This document shows, piece after piece, positions 16,734-25,257 of a DNA stretch of 32,000 nt. Each line of letters starts with the position of its first letter. Within the stretch, counting starts at the first letter, position 1. The position numbers and the translations under genes are program-made. The notes under the pieces were generated by a model. That model saw only the letters and a program-made list of their open reading frames with translations, did not search any database and was not told where the DNA came from. The stretch covers positions 1,869-33,868 of the forward strand of contig CAILUI010000065.1 in NCBI GenBank assembly GCA_903837355.1, written 5' to 3'. The DNA comes from an uncultured Victivallales bacterium. Its GTDB lineage: Bacteria; Verrucomicrobiota; Lentisphaeria; Oligosphaerales; JAFGRS01.

Positions 16734-16762
16734 TTGACAGAAGTGCGATCGATCAGCATAGT
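16734..16762 (+). promoter_or_regulatory. Putative sigma70-type promoter of the vapBC cassette with an overlapping imperfect palindrome
   Basis: TTGACA (16734-16739), a 17-nt spacer, then CATAGT (16757-16762). The surrounding region carries GATCGATC and GTGTACAC palindromes and the partially symmetric cgatcgatcag...ctgacgatcaatcg. This fits an autoregulatory operator. Confidence 0.45.
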
Positions 16763-16795
16763 GTACACTGACGATCAATCGATGGAGTTTCCGCT

Positions 16796-17002
16796 ATGCA
16801 TTCCGTCACCCTATCACCCAAGTTCCAGGTCGTGATCCCGCTCCCGGTCCGACGCACCATGGGACTGCGCGCCGGACAGAAGCTGCGGGTCATGGAGTAC
16901 GAGGGCAGGATAGAGCTTGTCCCAGAGCGCGATATTACCGAACTGCGCGGGTTCCTAAAGGGGATCAACACGGCGTTCGAGCGCGAGGGGGACCGGCTAT
17001 GA
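16796..17002 (+). CDS. vapB: AbrB/MazE/SpoVT-type antitoxin (VapB-like)
   Basis: The 68-aa ORF has a swapped-hairpin-type N-terminus (VTLSPKFQVVIPLPVRRTMGLRAGQKL). GGAG lies upstream. It overlaps the PIN toxin start by 4 nt (ATGA) and has lower GC than its flanks. Confidence 0.85.
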   Translation: MHSVTLSPKFQVVIPLPVRRTMGLRAGQKLRVMEYEGRIELVPERDITELRGFLKGINTAFEREGDRL

Positions 17003-17373
17003 ACGTAGTCGACTCCTCGGGGTGGCTGGAGTACTTCGCCGAAGGGCCGAATGCCGGACATTTCGCCGCGGCGGTCACAGCCACAGATGAGTTGGTCGTC
17101 CCCACCGTGACGCTGTACGAGGTCTTCAAGGTCGTCCTGAGGGAGGCCAGTGAGAACGCAGCGCTACAGGCGGTCGCGGCCTTGGCGAGGGGAACGGTCG
17201 CCGACCTCACCCCCGGCCTGGCGCTCGCGGCCGCCAAGCTCAGCCTGCAGCATACGCTGCCGATGGCTGACGCCATTATCCTGGCCACTGCCCAGGCGCA
17301 CGGGGCGACGCTCTGGACCCAGGACGCCCATTTCCAGGGCATCGGCGGGGTCAGGTACTTCCAGAGGGGATAG
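16999..17373 (+). CDS. vapC: PIN-domain ribonuclease toxin (VapC)
   Basis: The 124-aa ORF has PIN acidic residues in the expected contexts (VVDSS, LYEV, MADAIILATA, WTQDAHF). It sits immediately downstream of, and overlapping, the antitoxin. Confidence 0.9.
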   Translation: MNVVDSSGWLEYFAEGPNAGHFAAAVTATDELVVPTVTLYEVFKVVLREASENAALQAVAALARGTVADLTPGLALAAAKLSLQHTLPMADAIILATAQAHGATLWTQDAHFQGIGGVRYFQRG

Positions 17374-17376
17374 GAG

Positions 17377-19650
17377 ATGGCCATGGCTGGCTCCAAAGCT
17401 CGTGCGGGTAGCAGGCTTCCCTACCAGGAGGCGTCGTTGCCGGTGGAGATGCGGGTCCGGGATCTGCTGGCCCGCATGACGCTGGCCGAGAAGATCCGGC
17501 AGATGAGCATGGACGACGCCGCCGCCTTCATCCAGGACGGCGCCGTCACGGCGGCGACGCTGCGGGCGCGCCTCGGGGAGCAGAGCATCGGCTGCCTGCA
17601 GGACCCGCGCCTGGCGCCGCCGGCCAGCGCCGCGGCGACCAACGCCATCCAGCGTTATCTGGTGGAGCAAACGCGGCTGGGCATCCCGGCGCTGGTGATC
17701 TCGGAGTGCCTGCACGGCCACATGTCGGTCGACGCCACGGTGTTTCCGCAGGCGATCGGACTGGCCAGCACCTGGAACCCGGAGCTGGTGCAGCGCCTGG
17801 CCGCGGCGACGGCCCGCGAAGCCCGCGCCGTCGGCGTGGCCCAGGCCCTGGCCCCCGACCTGGACCTGGCCCGCGACCCGCGCGGGGGGCGGGTCGAAGA
17901 GACCTACGGCGAGGATCCGTACCTGGTCGAGCGCCTGGGCGTGGCCTACATCCGCGGCATGCAGGGCGCAGGCTCGACCGTGGACAGGCAACACCTGGTC
18001 TGCACCCCCAAGCACTTCGCCGCGCACGGCTCGCCGGAGGCTGGTATGAACCTGGCGCCGGTCGCCGGCGGCGTCCGCGACCTGCGCACGCTCTACCTGC
18101 CGCCCTTCCAGGCTGCCATCTGCGAGGCCGGCGCGCTGTCCCTGATGCCAGCCTACAGCGAGTACGAAGGCGTGCCGGCGTCGGCCAACCGGCTGTTGCT
18201 GACCCGCATCCTGCGCGAGGAGTGGGGCTTCCGCGGCTACGTCTTCGCCGATTACGGTGCGGTGAGCATGCTCCACACCTTCCACCGCACGGCCCACGAC
18301 GCCGCCGAAGCCGGCCGCCAGGCGCTGGCGGCCGGAATGGATCTGGAAGCGCCGGCGGACTACGGCTTCGGCGCCAGCCTGCTGGAGCTGGTCGGCAAGG
18401 GCCTGGTCCCGGTGGCGCAGGTGGATCAGGCGGTAACGCGAATCCTGCGGGTCAAGTTCCTGGCCGGGTTGTTCGAGAATCCCTATGCCGAGCCGCAGCG
18501 GGCAGCGAAGGTCGTCCACAGCCGGGCGCACCAGCGCCTGGCCCGCGCGGTGGCCCAGGAGGCGATCATCCTGCTAAAGAACGACGGCGACCTCCTGCCG
18601 CTGAGCCCACGCCTGCGGCGACTGGCGGTGATCGGGCCGAATGCAGCGGTCTGGCAGGCGGGCGACTACACCCTCACCAGTGCTCGCGGGGTGACACCGC
18701 TGGACGGCATCCGGGCGGCGGTGTCCAAGCGCACCGAGGTCGTCTACGCCGAGGGCTGCGGACACCACCAGCTCGAACGCGACGGCTTCGCGGCCGCGGT
18801 GGCGGCCGCGGCGGCGAGCGAGGTAGCCATCGTCGTCATCGGCGGCAGCAGCATGGCGCTGGCGGGGACGGGCTGGGGCAACGACGAGCGCACGGCCACC
18901 TGCGGCGAGGGCTTCGATTGCACGGAACTGACGCCACCCGGGTTGCAGGACGAGCTGGTGCGGGCGATACAGGCCACCGGCACGCCGACGGTGGTGGTGC
19001 TGATCCACGGGCGGCCCTACAGCATCCCCTGGATGGCCGAGCACATCCCGGCGATCGTAGAGGCCTGGTACCCGGGCGAGGCCGGCGGCCACGCCCTGGC
19101 CGACATCCTCTTCGGCAAGGTCAACCCCTCCGGCAAGCTGCCCATCACCGTGCCGCGCAGCGTCGGCCACGTGCCAGCGTTCTACAACCACAAGCCCTCG
19201 GCGCGGGGCTACTACCACCGCCCCGGCACGCCCGAGAAACCGGGCCGTGACTACGTCTTCGCGCCGCCCACCCCGCTCTATGAGTTCGGCCACGGCCTGA
19301 GCTACACGACCTTTGCCTACAGCGCCCTGCAGGTCCAGCCGCCACGCCTCTTTCCGGCCGGACTGGTCGAGGTCAGCGTCGAGGTCGAGAACACGGGCGG
19401 CCGAGCCGGCCAGGAGGTCGTGCAGCTCTACCTGAACGATGTCGTGAGCTCGGTGACCACCCCGGTCAAAGTCCTGCGCCGCTTCACCAAGATCGCCCTG
19501 GCGCCGGGCGAGCGTCAGACGGTCCGCTTCACCCTTGGCCCTGACGACCTGCAGCTCCTCGACGTCGACGGCCGCTGGGTCGTCGAGCCGGGCCAGTTCG
19601 ATGTCCTCGTCGGCGGCCTGCGGGCGAGCTTCGAGGTGGTGGCCGACTGA
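17377..19650 (+). CDS. bglX: Glycoside hydrolase family 3 beta-glucosidase-like enzyme (cytoplasmic, no signal peptide)
   Basis: GH3 hallmarks are present: LPVEMRVRDLLARMTLAEKIRQM, KHFAAHG, a GYVFADYGAV nucleophile-Asp context, and the C-terminal FGHGLSYTTFAY (Fn3-like domain). Confidence 0.9.
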   Translation: MAMAGSKARAGSRLPYQEASLPVEMRVRDLLARMTLAEKIRQMSMDDAAAFIQDGAVTAATLRARLGEQSIGCLQDPRLAPPASAAATNAIQRYLVEQTRLGIPALVISECLHGHMSVDATVFPQAIGLASTWNPELVQRLAAATAREARAVGVAQALAPDLDLARDPRGGRVEETYGEDPYLVERLGVAYIRGMQGAGSTVDRQHLVCTPKHFAAHGSPEAGMNLAPVAGGVRDLRTLYLPPFQAAICEAGALSLMPAYSEYEGVPASANRLLLTRILREEWGFRGYVFADYGAVSMLHTFHRTAHDAAEAGRQALAAGMDLEAPADYGFGASLLELVGKGLVPVAQVDQAVTRILRVKFLAGLFENPYAEPQRAAKVVHSRAHQRLARAVAQEAIILLKNDGDLLPLSPRLRRLAVIGPNAAVWQAGDYTLTSARGVTPLDGIRAAVSKRTEVVYAEGCGHHQLERDGFAAAVAAAAASEVAIVVIGGSSMALAGTGWGNDERTATCGEGFDCTELTPPGLQDELVRAIQATGTPTVVVLIHGRPYSIPWMAEHIPAIVEAWYPGEAGGHALADILFGKVNPSGKLPITVPRSVGHVPAFYNHKPSARGYYHRPGTPEKPGRDYVFAPPTPLYEFGHGLSYTTFAYSALQVQPPRLFPAGLVEVSVEVENTGGRAGQEVVQLYLNDVVSSVTTPVKVLRRFTKIALAPGERQTVRFTLGPDDLQLLDVDGRWVVEPGQFDVLVGGLRASFEVVAD

Positions 19651-19722
19651 AGCACAGTCCGGCCAGATGCAGCGGCAGCCAGCCGGCAGCCGGCAGGCAG
19701 CGTGGAAAGGAGATGTAGACGT

Positions 19723-20733
19723 ATGGATTCGCACAACCTGGGGATGCGCTCCGGTTTCGCGGCTTGGCTCTGCGCCGCGCTCGTCGCGGCCGCGCCGGTG
19801 GAACTGCTTCCCGACGGCGGGTTTGATGGGCCCCTGAGCGACACGGGGCTGCCGGTGGGGGCCGGCACCTTCGCGGCGAAGGATGCCTCCGTCAAAGCGT
19901 CGATCGTGCCCGATGGTCGCACCGGCAAAGCGTTGCTGGTCGAGGGCCAAGGCGCCCACGCGGGGGTCGGCCTCAACCGCGTCCCGATTCAGCCCAGGCA
20001 GCAGGTCGCGCTCCGTGGTTGGCTGAAGGTCGAGGGCAGCGCGGGGACGCGGGCCGTCGTCAAGCTCGACTACCTCCGTGCCGACGGATCCTGGCTCGCC
20101 ATGAGCCCTGCCGAACCCGTCACCCCCAAGCAGATCGGCTGGCAACTGGTCGCTCTGACGGACGTCCCCGACACCGTTGCCGAAGCCGCGCTCGTCTGCG
20201 CGGTGGTCGCCGTCGAGGGCGGCGGCAAAGCGTGGTTCGACGACCTGGAGATGGTCAGCCACCCGCTCGAGCCGGGCCTCCCCAATCTGCTGCAGAACGG
20301 TGACTTCGAGTCAGTCACGGCGGGCCAACCGCGGGGTTTCGGTCTGTCGTGGAAGCCCCGCGAGGCGCCCGTCGTTCTCGCCAGCAGCGACCAGGATCCC
20401 AGGAACGGCTGGTACTGCCTACGCCTCGCGGGCAATGTCAACTATGCTGTGGCCTATGGTCCGGCGGTGCTTGCGGTGCCGGGGCGACACTACGTGTTGA
20501 AAGGCTTCTGCCGCACCTCGAAGGGCAGGTGCCGAATCAAGTTCGACTACACCCGGGATGGGACATTCCTGGGACAGACCGTCTCGCCGCCCGTCTCGGG
20601 CATGGAGTGGCAGGAGCAGACCGTCCGCTCCGAGGTCGAGCGCTTCCCGGAGGCCACCCGGATCGCCGCCGCCGTGGTGATTGAGGGCGATGCTGAGGCC
20701 TGGCTCGACGATCTCATGCTCACCTTTGAGTAG
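19723..20733 (+). CDS. Secreted protein with two tandem CBM4/9-like carbohydrate-binding modules
   Basis: I prefer ATG 19723 (GGAAAGGAG 10 nt upstream) over GTG 19702. The N-terminus is signal-like (AAWLCAALVAAAP). Two modules start with LLPDGGFDG and NLLQNGDFES and end with AWFDDLEM and AWLDDLML. Confidence 0.75.
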   Translation: MDSHNLGMRSGFAAWLCAALVAAAPVELLPDGGFDGPLSDTGLPVGAGTFAAKDASVKASIVPDGRTGKALLVEGQGAHAGVGLNRVPIQPRQQVALRGWLKVEGSAGTRAVVKLDYLRADGSWLAMSPAEPVTPKQIGWQLVALTDVPDTVAEAALVCAVVAVEGGGKAWFDDLEMVSHPLEPGLPNLLQNGDFESVTAGQPRGFGLSWKPREAPVVLASSDQDPRNGWYCLRLAGNVNYAVAYGPAVLAVPGRHYVLKGFCRTSKGRCRIKFDYTRDGTFLGQTVSPPVSGMEWQEQTVRSEVERFPEATRIAAAVVIEGDAEAWLDDLMLTFE

Positions 20734-20773
20734 GGCCAGATACGGCGGCTTCAGGGGGCGCAAGGTCCAGGGC

Positions 20774-20819
20774 TTGACAAGACCGAACGTACGTTGTATG
20801 TAGTAGTTGAACGTACGTT
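20774..20819 (+). promoter_or_regulatory. Putative promoter with twin perfect palindromic operators for the Phd/PIN cassette
   Basis: TTGACA (20774-20779), a 17-nt spacer, then TATGTA (20797-20802). The perfect 10-nt palindrome AACGTACGTT occurs twice (20786-20795 and 20810-20819), bracketing the -10 element. Confidence 0.55.
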
Positions 20820-20867
20820 AACGCTTGGCCACCACCCAGAGTACCGTCCAAGGCCGAGGGCACAACC

Positions 20868-21098
20868 GTGAAAGTCACTGCATCGCAACTGCGTAGCAAC
20901 ATCTACCGGATGCTGGACCAGGTCGCCGCCACCGGTACGCCACTGGTTATCGAGCGCAAAGGCCGCCGCTTGCTGATTGCCTGTGCGGACGCGCCGAGTC
21001 GGCTTGCCGGGCTGGTCCGGCACGAGTGCATCACGGGAGACCCCGAGAGCTTGGTCCACAGCGACTGGTCGGCGGAGTGGCGCCATGATCTACCTTGA
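20868..21098 (+). CDS. Phd/YefM-family type II antitoxin
   Basis: The 76-aa ORF has a GTG start with GAGGG 7 nt upstream. The N-terminus (MKVTASQLRSNIYRMLDQVAATGTPLVIERKGRRLLI) is typical of Phd/YefM antitoxins. Confidence 0.8.
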   Translation: MKVTASQLRSNIYRMLDQVAATGTPLVIERKGRRLLIACADAPSRLAGLVRHECITGDPESLVHSDWSAEWRHDLP

Positions 21099-21459
21099 CA
21101 CCCATGTCGTCGTGTGGCTGTATGCGGGCGACCCCAAGCGCTTCACGGCGTTGGGCCAGCGCCGGCTGGAGGTCGAGGAGTTGCTGGTCTCCCCGATTGT
21201 CGAGCTTGAGCTGCAGTATCTGAAGGAGATCGGCCGGATCACGGTGGACGCCGGGCTGATCATGGAGTCATTGCGGGCCTCGGTCGGACTGGCCATGTGT
21301 GACCAGTCGTTCGCCGCGGTCGTGGCCGAGAGCGTTGGGCAGGCGTGGACTCGCGATCCCTTTGATCGTCTGATCGTGGCGCAGGCCCTGACCCGGAATG
21401 CGCCCTTACTCACGAAGGATCAGACGATCCTGGAGCACTATCCGCAGGCCTTCTGGTAA
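21085..21459 (+). CDS. PIN-domain toxin (VapC-like)
   Basis: I prefer ATG 21085 (MIYLDTHVVVWL...), which overlaps the antitoxin end by 14 nt. The track start 20977 lies inside the antitoxin. Conserved acidic residues are present (YLDTH, VELELQ, RDPFDRLIVAQA, LTKD). Confidence 0.85.
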   Translation: MIYLDTHVVVWLYAGDPKRFTALGQRRLEVEELLVSPIVELELQYLKEIGRITVDAGLIMESLRASVGLAMCDQSFAAVVAESVGQAWTRDPFDRLIVAQALTRNAPLLTKDQTILEHYPQAFW

Positions 21460-21496
21460 GCGCTGGGGCCGCGTTGTGGGCGATGGCGGTACCGTG

Positions 21497-22489
21497 TCAC
21501 CGGGTCTGGATGGCTGCGAAGACGGCGACTGCGACCTCGCCCAGACGCCTGAAGTCGAGGGTCTCGGCGGTGTCGCCGGCGGTGTGATAGGCGTGGTTCC
21601 GGTAGAATGCCGTGTCGGTGACCATCAGGGCGTTGATGCCGTAGGGCCAGTAGTTCAGGTGGTCGGAGAAGTCGACTCCGGGGACGACGGAGGGGGCCCG
21701 GATGGAGTACACGGGCAGGGACGTTGCCGCCTGCATGCCGACCTTGACGGTCTTCACCCAGTCGCCCTGATTCCAGGGTCCGACCACGGCCACGAAGTTG
21801 CCGCGGGCCGGGTACACCAGTCGCAGCAACGGCGACGGGTAGGACTGTGAGCCCCAGGCGTCGCTGAAGTACCCCACCATCTCAAGCACGATCACCCCCG
21901 CGATCTCGGCCTTGCGCTCGGCGATGCTCCGAGCATGGACGGCGCTGCCCATCTGCGCCGTCCGGAAGAACGGCGGTTCCTCCAGGACGTACGCGACCAG
22001 CTCGACCTCCTTGTCGGGCGGGGTCTGGCCGAGGAGGTAAGCGATCTCGATCAGGGCCGCCACGCCGCTGGCATTGTCGTCGGCCCCGGGGGTTTCCCCG
22101 CAAGCATCGTAATGGGCGCCGACGATGACCCTGGGACTGCGGCCGGCAGCGAACCTGCCGATCACATTCCGGTAGGACTTGCGGTTGACGCGGACCTCCT
22201 GGAACTCCACCGCGGCGCCGGCCGTGCGGAAGTGCCCGGCGATGTAGTCGGCACAGCGCTCCAGGATGTCGGTCTGGTCCCAGGCGCGCGGCTGCAGATC
22301 GACTGTCAGCGTCTGCACGTGCTCCCGCAGTCGAGTCGGATCGACGCGGACCGCCGCCGTGCGATTGTGCCGGGAGGTGGGCTGCGCAACGACGATCCAG
22401 ATCAATCCCACGATCACTGCCACCAGGCCCAGGATGCGGGCGGCGGAGAGCAGCAGTCGACGTCTGAGGGTGCGTACGGGGGTCTTCAT
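21497..22489 (-). CDS. M28-family Zn metallopeptidase (aminopeptidase-like), N-terminally membrane-anchored
   Basis: It has IVGAHYDACGETPGADDNASGVAALIEIA and VLEEPPFF metal-ligand motifs and a TM/signal-anchor (LLLSAARILGLVAVIVGLIWIVV). I prefer ATG 22489, which overlaps the upstream stop as TGATGA, over the track start 22546. Confidence 0.85.
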   Translation of the reverse strand: MKTPVRTLRRRLLLSAARILGLVAVIVGLIWIVVAQPTSRHNRTAAVRVDPTRLREHVQTLTVDLQPRAWDQTDILERCADYIAGHFRTAGAAVEFQEVRVNRKSYRNVIGRFAAGRSPRVIVGAHYDACGETPGADDNASGVAALIEIAYLLGQTPPDKEVELVAYVLEEPPFFRTAQMGSAVHARSIAERKAEIAGVIVLEMVGYFSDAWGSQSYPSPLLRLVYPARGNFVAVVGPWNQGDWVKTVKVGMQAATSLPVYSIRAPSVVPGVDFSDHLNYWPYGINALMVTDTAFYRNHAYHTAGDTAETLDFRRLGEVAVAVFAAIQTR

Positions 22490-25170
22490 CAGCGCTGCAG
22501 CTCCACGACCTGGTACAGGCCGACGGCGGGGACCTTCACCAGCCACTGATCATCCGCGCGCGACACCGGCAGAGCGGCGCCGCCCGGTTGCAGCGTGGCC
22601 GCCCGCACGGCGAAACGGCAACGCAGGGTGGCGGCGGGGCCGCTGGGCTGCTGCCAGTCGGCGAGGGCGCCCAGGCGGTTGTGCAGGTGAACCCGCACAC
22701 GCTGGTCGTCCGCCGCAAAGGCGCCGAGGCGCACGTCAGCGGGCGCCTCGAGTTCCAGGGGCGGCGGCGCGTAAGCTCTGAGGGCGGCGCCGACGCTACG
22801 CGCCAGACCACTGGCGACCTGGAACATCGTGGGGCCCTCCTCGAAGTCGTAGTTCATCACGACCTCGCGGCTGCCGTCGGCCTTGGTGCGGGCCAGTTCG
22901 AGGTTGTCGAGGGTGAAGGTCCCCGGGGCGGAGCCGGGGCCGTAGATGACGAACCAGTCCGTGCGCTGGTAGCCGGCGGCGGGCGACGGGTACGTCCCCT
23001 CCTTGCGGGTACCGTCGGGAAGGGTCGCGGTGAGGACGAATTGCGCGGGCTGGTCTCCCTGCGCAAAGCGGTAGGCGATGCGGAGGTGCACCCACTGGTT
23101 CGCAGGCGCTTCGCCGAGCACCTGGTCCGCGCAGGCGATGCGGCCGTTGGGGCCGACCATGACCATCGGCCCGGCAATGGGCTGTGTCGAGGAGCGGATC
23201 TCGATGGAGACCTGGGCGCTGGGTTCCAGACGCAGGTCGCAACTCAACTCGCCGCCACGGTACTCGGGCGCCCCGAAGGCGGGCAAGCGGTTCTCCAAGT
23301 CGGGGTAGAAGGTCTGCGGGGCGCGGGGCCCGTCGACGAACGTGAGCGCATAGCGACCACCGGCAGCCACCGCGTCACTGACCGCGAGCCGGGTATCGCC
23401 ACCGGCGGCCGGGGTACTGCCGACGCTGACCGTCGGATCGACGTTGAGGATCACCACGTGGCCCTTGCCGTAGCGCCGATGCGCCACGCGGGCGTCCGTG
23501 CCGCCCGCCGTCGCGGGGCTCTGCCAGAGCGGCTCCCAGGCGGCGCCCGTGAGCTGCAGGGGAACAAACATGCCGCGCGAGGTCAGCGTCGGCCCGCCGC
23601 TGGCCGAAACGAGCGTCACGACGCGCGGGTCGGCGCCGTCGGGCTTGGGGACCCCGGTGAACTCGACGTCGAGGGCCCGGCCCAGGGGGTTCACGGCCCG
23701 CGCCTGGCCCTCGGCATCGAGCTGTCCAGCGCCAAGACCGATGACCAGCGTGCCGCCCTGCCGCGCAAAGGCCAGAGCGGTCGCCGCCTGTTCATCGGTA
23801 AGAGCCTGCGATAGAGGTAACAACAGCACGCTATAGTCGCGCAGTCTGGCGGCGTTGAGGTCGGCATCGTAGACATAGTCGACCGGGATGTGGCTCTCGC
23901 CCAGGCCGGCGGTCCAGGTGCCGAGGGCGGTCCAGTAGACATCGCCGGGGTTGTCCAGGCTGCCGCCGCGGGCGAAGTGGAAGGTCTCGGTCTGCTGCGA
24001 GACATGCAGGGCAGCATAGCGCAGCGACGGCCCGCCGACGTAGGGACGCAGGGCATTCATCACCGGCGTCATCAGGGCGGCGGTCGGCGCCATGTTCGGG
24101 TTCGTGCAGTCACCGCCGAACGAGGGCTGGCCGCCGGCGCAGTAGGCGATCAGGGCGTGCTGAAGCAGCCGGTCGGCATCGGCGGCCGGGGTGCTGAGCA
24201 GGTCGAACATGCGCCAGACCTCGGCCTGCGGCCGGTTGTAGGCCCGGCACAGGCGCACAGTGAGGTCGACGGTGTCCGGGCTGAAGGCTTCCGAGCCGGA
24301 GATGATATCGGCGTTGTAGAGGTCGATGGGGATAGCGCTGTGCCAGGGGATGCCGGGGCGGTGATAGTGGTTGATGACCACAGTGGCCTGCGGGTGCGCC
24401 GCCCGGATGCCGGCAGCCAGCTTGCCGATGAAGCCGCCGAACTGCGTGTAGCGCCACCCGACCCAGCGCCGGAAGACCGGGTCATTCCAGTCGGCCTTGG
24501 CGGGCAGGGCGAGGCCGGTCTCGGCCTTGAACGTGGCGGTGCAGAAGGCGCAGGCGCAGGTCAGCGGCAGGGGTCGGTTCCAGATCGGCGTCCAGGCCGA
24601 ACCGTCGAACCAGATGCCGTCCAGGCCGAGGGTCTCGATGGCGTAGTTGCAGTAGTTGATGAGGGCCTCGCCGTAGGGCGAGTTGAAGCAGCAGGCGATG
24701 TCCTGCGAGCCATCCGCGTGCCAGGGCAGCAGGGAGACCTGGCGCCACTCGGGGTGCATCTTCCAGGCAGCCTTGCTGAAGCTGAGCGGGTACCACGACA
24801 GGGCAGCCATGCCGGCGCCATGGATGTCGGCGACCCACTCTTTGAGCAGCCGTTCGTTCTCGGCCGGGGTATCGCCCTCGTCGCCCGGCAGGTAGGGGTT
24901 GGCGATGAGTGGGCTGCCCCAGTGGCTGACCATCTGGATCCAGCGCGCCTGCACCCCCGCCTGGGCCAGGGCCGCTTCGGCACCGCGCCGGCGCTCCCCA
25001 TCCTTGATCAGCTCGGGATAGGGGGTCGAGAAGCGGGCCTCGATGCGCAGTGCCGACTGCGCATAGCGGGTCGGCGTGCCCACGTCCTTGCCGCCCTCAG
25101 CCGCGTAAGCGGCGCAGCCGGCAAGCAGCAGCACCCCAGCCACCCGGGTCGTGGTCGTAATCACGTGCAT
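22489..25170 (-). CDS. Lipoprotein, GH42-related/GHL-type TIM-barrel protein with a trimerisation-like middle domain and C-terminal beta-sandwich region
   Basis: I prefer ATG 25170 (AGGAGG upstream), giving MHVITTTTRVAGVLLLAGC with an LAGC lipobox. CCFNSPY plus the CACAFC (CxCxxC) cluster resemble the GH42 Cys4 zinc site. YSVLLLPLSQALTDEQAATALAFARQGGTLVIG resembles the GH42 middle domain. Confidence 0.8.
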   Translation of the reverse strand: MHVITTTTRVAGVLLLAGCAAYAAEGGKDVGTPTRYAQSALRIEARFSTPYPELIKDGERRRGAEAALAQAGVQARWIQMVSHWGSPLIANPYLPGDEGDTPAENERLLKEWVADIHGAGMAALSWYPLSFSKAAWKMHPEWRQVSLLPWHADGSQDIACCFNSPYGEALINYCNYAIETLGLDGIWFDGSAWTPIWNRPLPLTCACAFCTATFKAETGLALPAKADWNDPVFRRWVGWRYTQFGGFIGKLAAGIRAAHPQATVVINHYHRPGIPWHSAIPIDLYNADIISGSEAFSPDTVDLTVRLCRAYNRPQAEVWRMFDLLSTPAADADRLLQHALIAYCAGGQPSFGGDCTNPNMAPTAALMTPVMNALRPYVGGPSLRYAALHVSQQTETFHFARGGSLDNPGDVYWTALGTWTAGLGESHIPVDYVYDADLNAARLRDYSVLLLPLSQALTDEQAATALAFARQGGTLVIGLGAGQLDAEGQARAVNPLGRALDVEFTGVPKPDGADPRVVTLVSASGGPTLTSRGMFVPLQLTGAAWEPLWQSPATAGGTDARVAHRRYGKGHVVILNVDPTVSVGSTPAAGGDTRLAVSDAVAAGGRYALTFVDGPRAPQTFYPDLENRLPAFGAPEYRGGELSCDLRLEPSAQVSIEIRSSTQPIAGPMVMVGPNGRIACADQVLGEAPANQWVHLRIAYRFAQGDQPAQFVLTATLPDGTRKEGTYPSPAAGYQRTDWFVIYGPGSAPGTFTLDNLELARTKADGSREVVMNYDFEEGPTMFQVASGLARSVGAALRAYAPPPLELEAPADVRLGAFAADDQRVRVHLHNRLGALADWQQPSGPAATLRCRFAVRAATLQPGGAALPVSRADDQWLVKVPAVGLYQVVELQR

Positions 25171-25257
25171 GGTCAGCCCCTCCTGAAGGTAACGGCGCCG
25201 AGTACGGCTACCATGCCACCGCAAGCGCGAGCGTGCCAGGCGGCACGAGGGCCGACG

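Noticed and set aside
19651-19722. A GC-rich low-complexity run (cagcggcagccagccggcagccggcaggcagc) as a possible terminator or repeat
   Set aside because: It has only short GCCGGC palindromes, no stable stem-loop of convincing length and no recurrence elsewhere in the window.
16727-21459. The two TA cassettes as the ends of a mobile element or prophage
   Set aside because: No integrase, transposase, att-like direct repeats or phage genes lie between or beside them. The intervening genes (GH3 and the CBM protein) have host-like GC and codon bias.
25171-25224. An 18-codon N-terminal extension of the GH42-like lipoprotein ORF (track start 25224). A similar extension exists for the M28 peptidase (22490-22546).
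   Set aside because: The internal ATGs are preceded by AGGAGG (25170) or form a TGATGA coupling junction (22489). They also give proper lipoprotein or signal-anchor N-termini.
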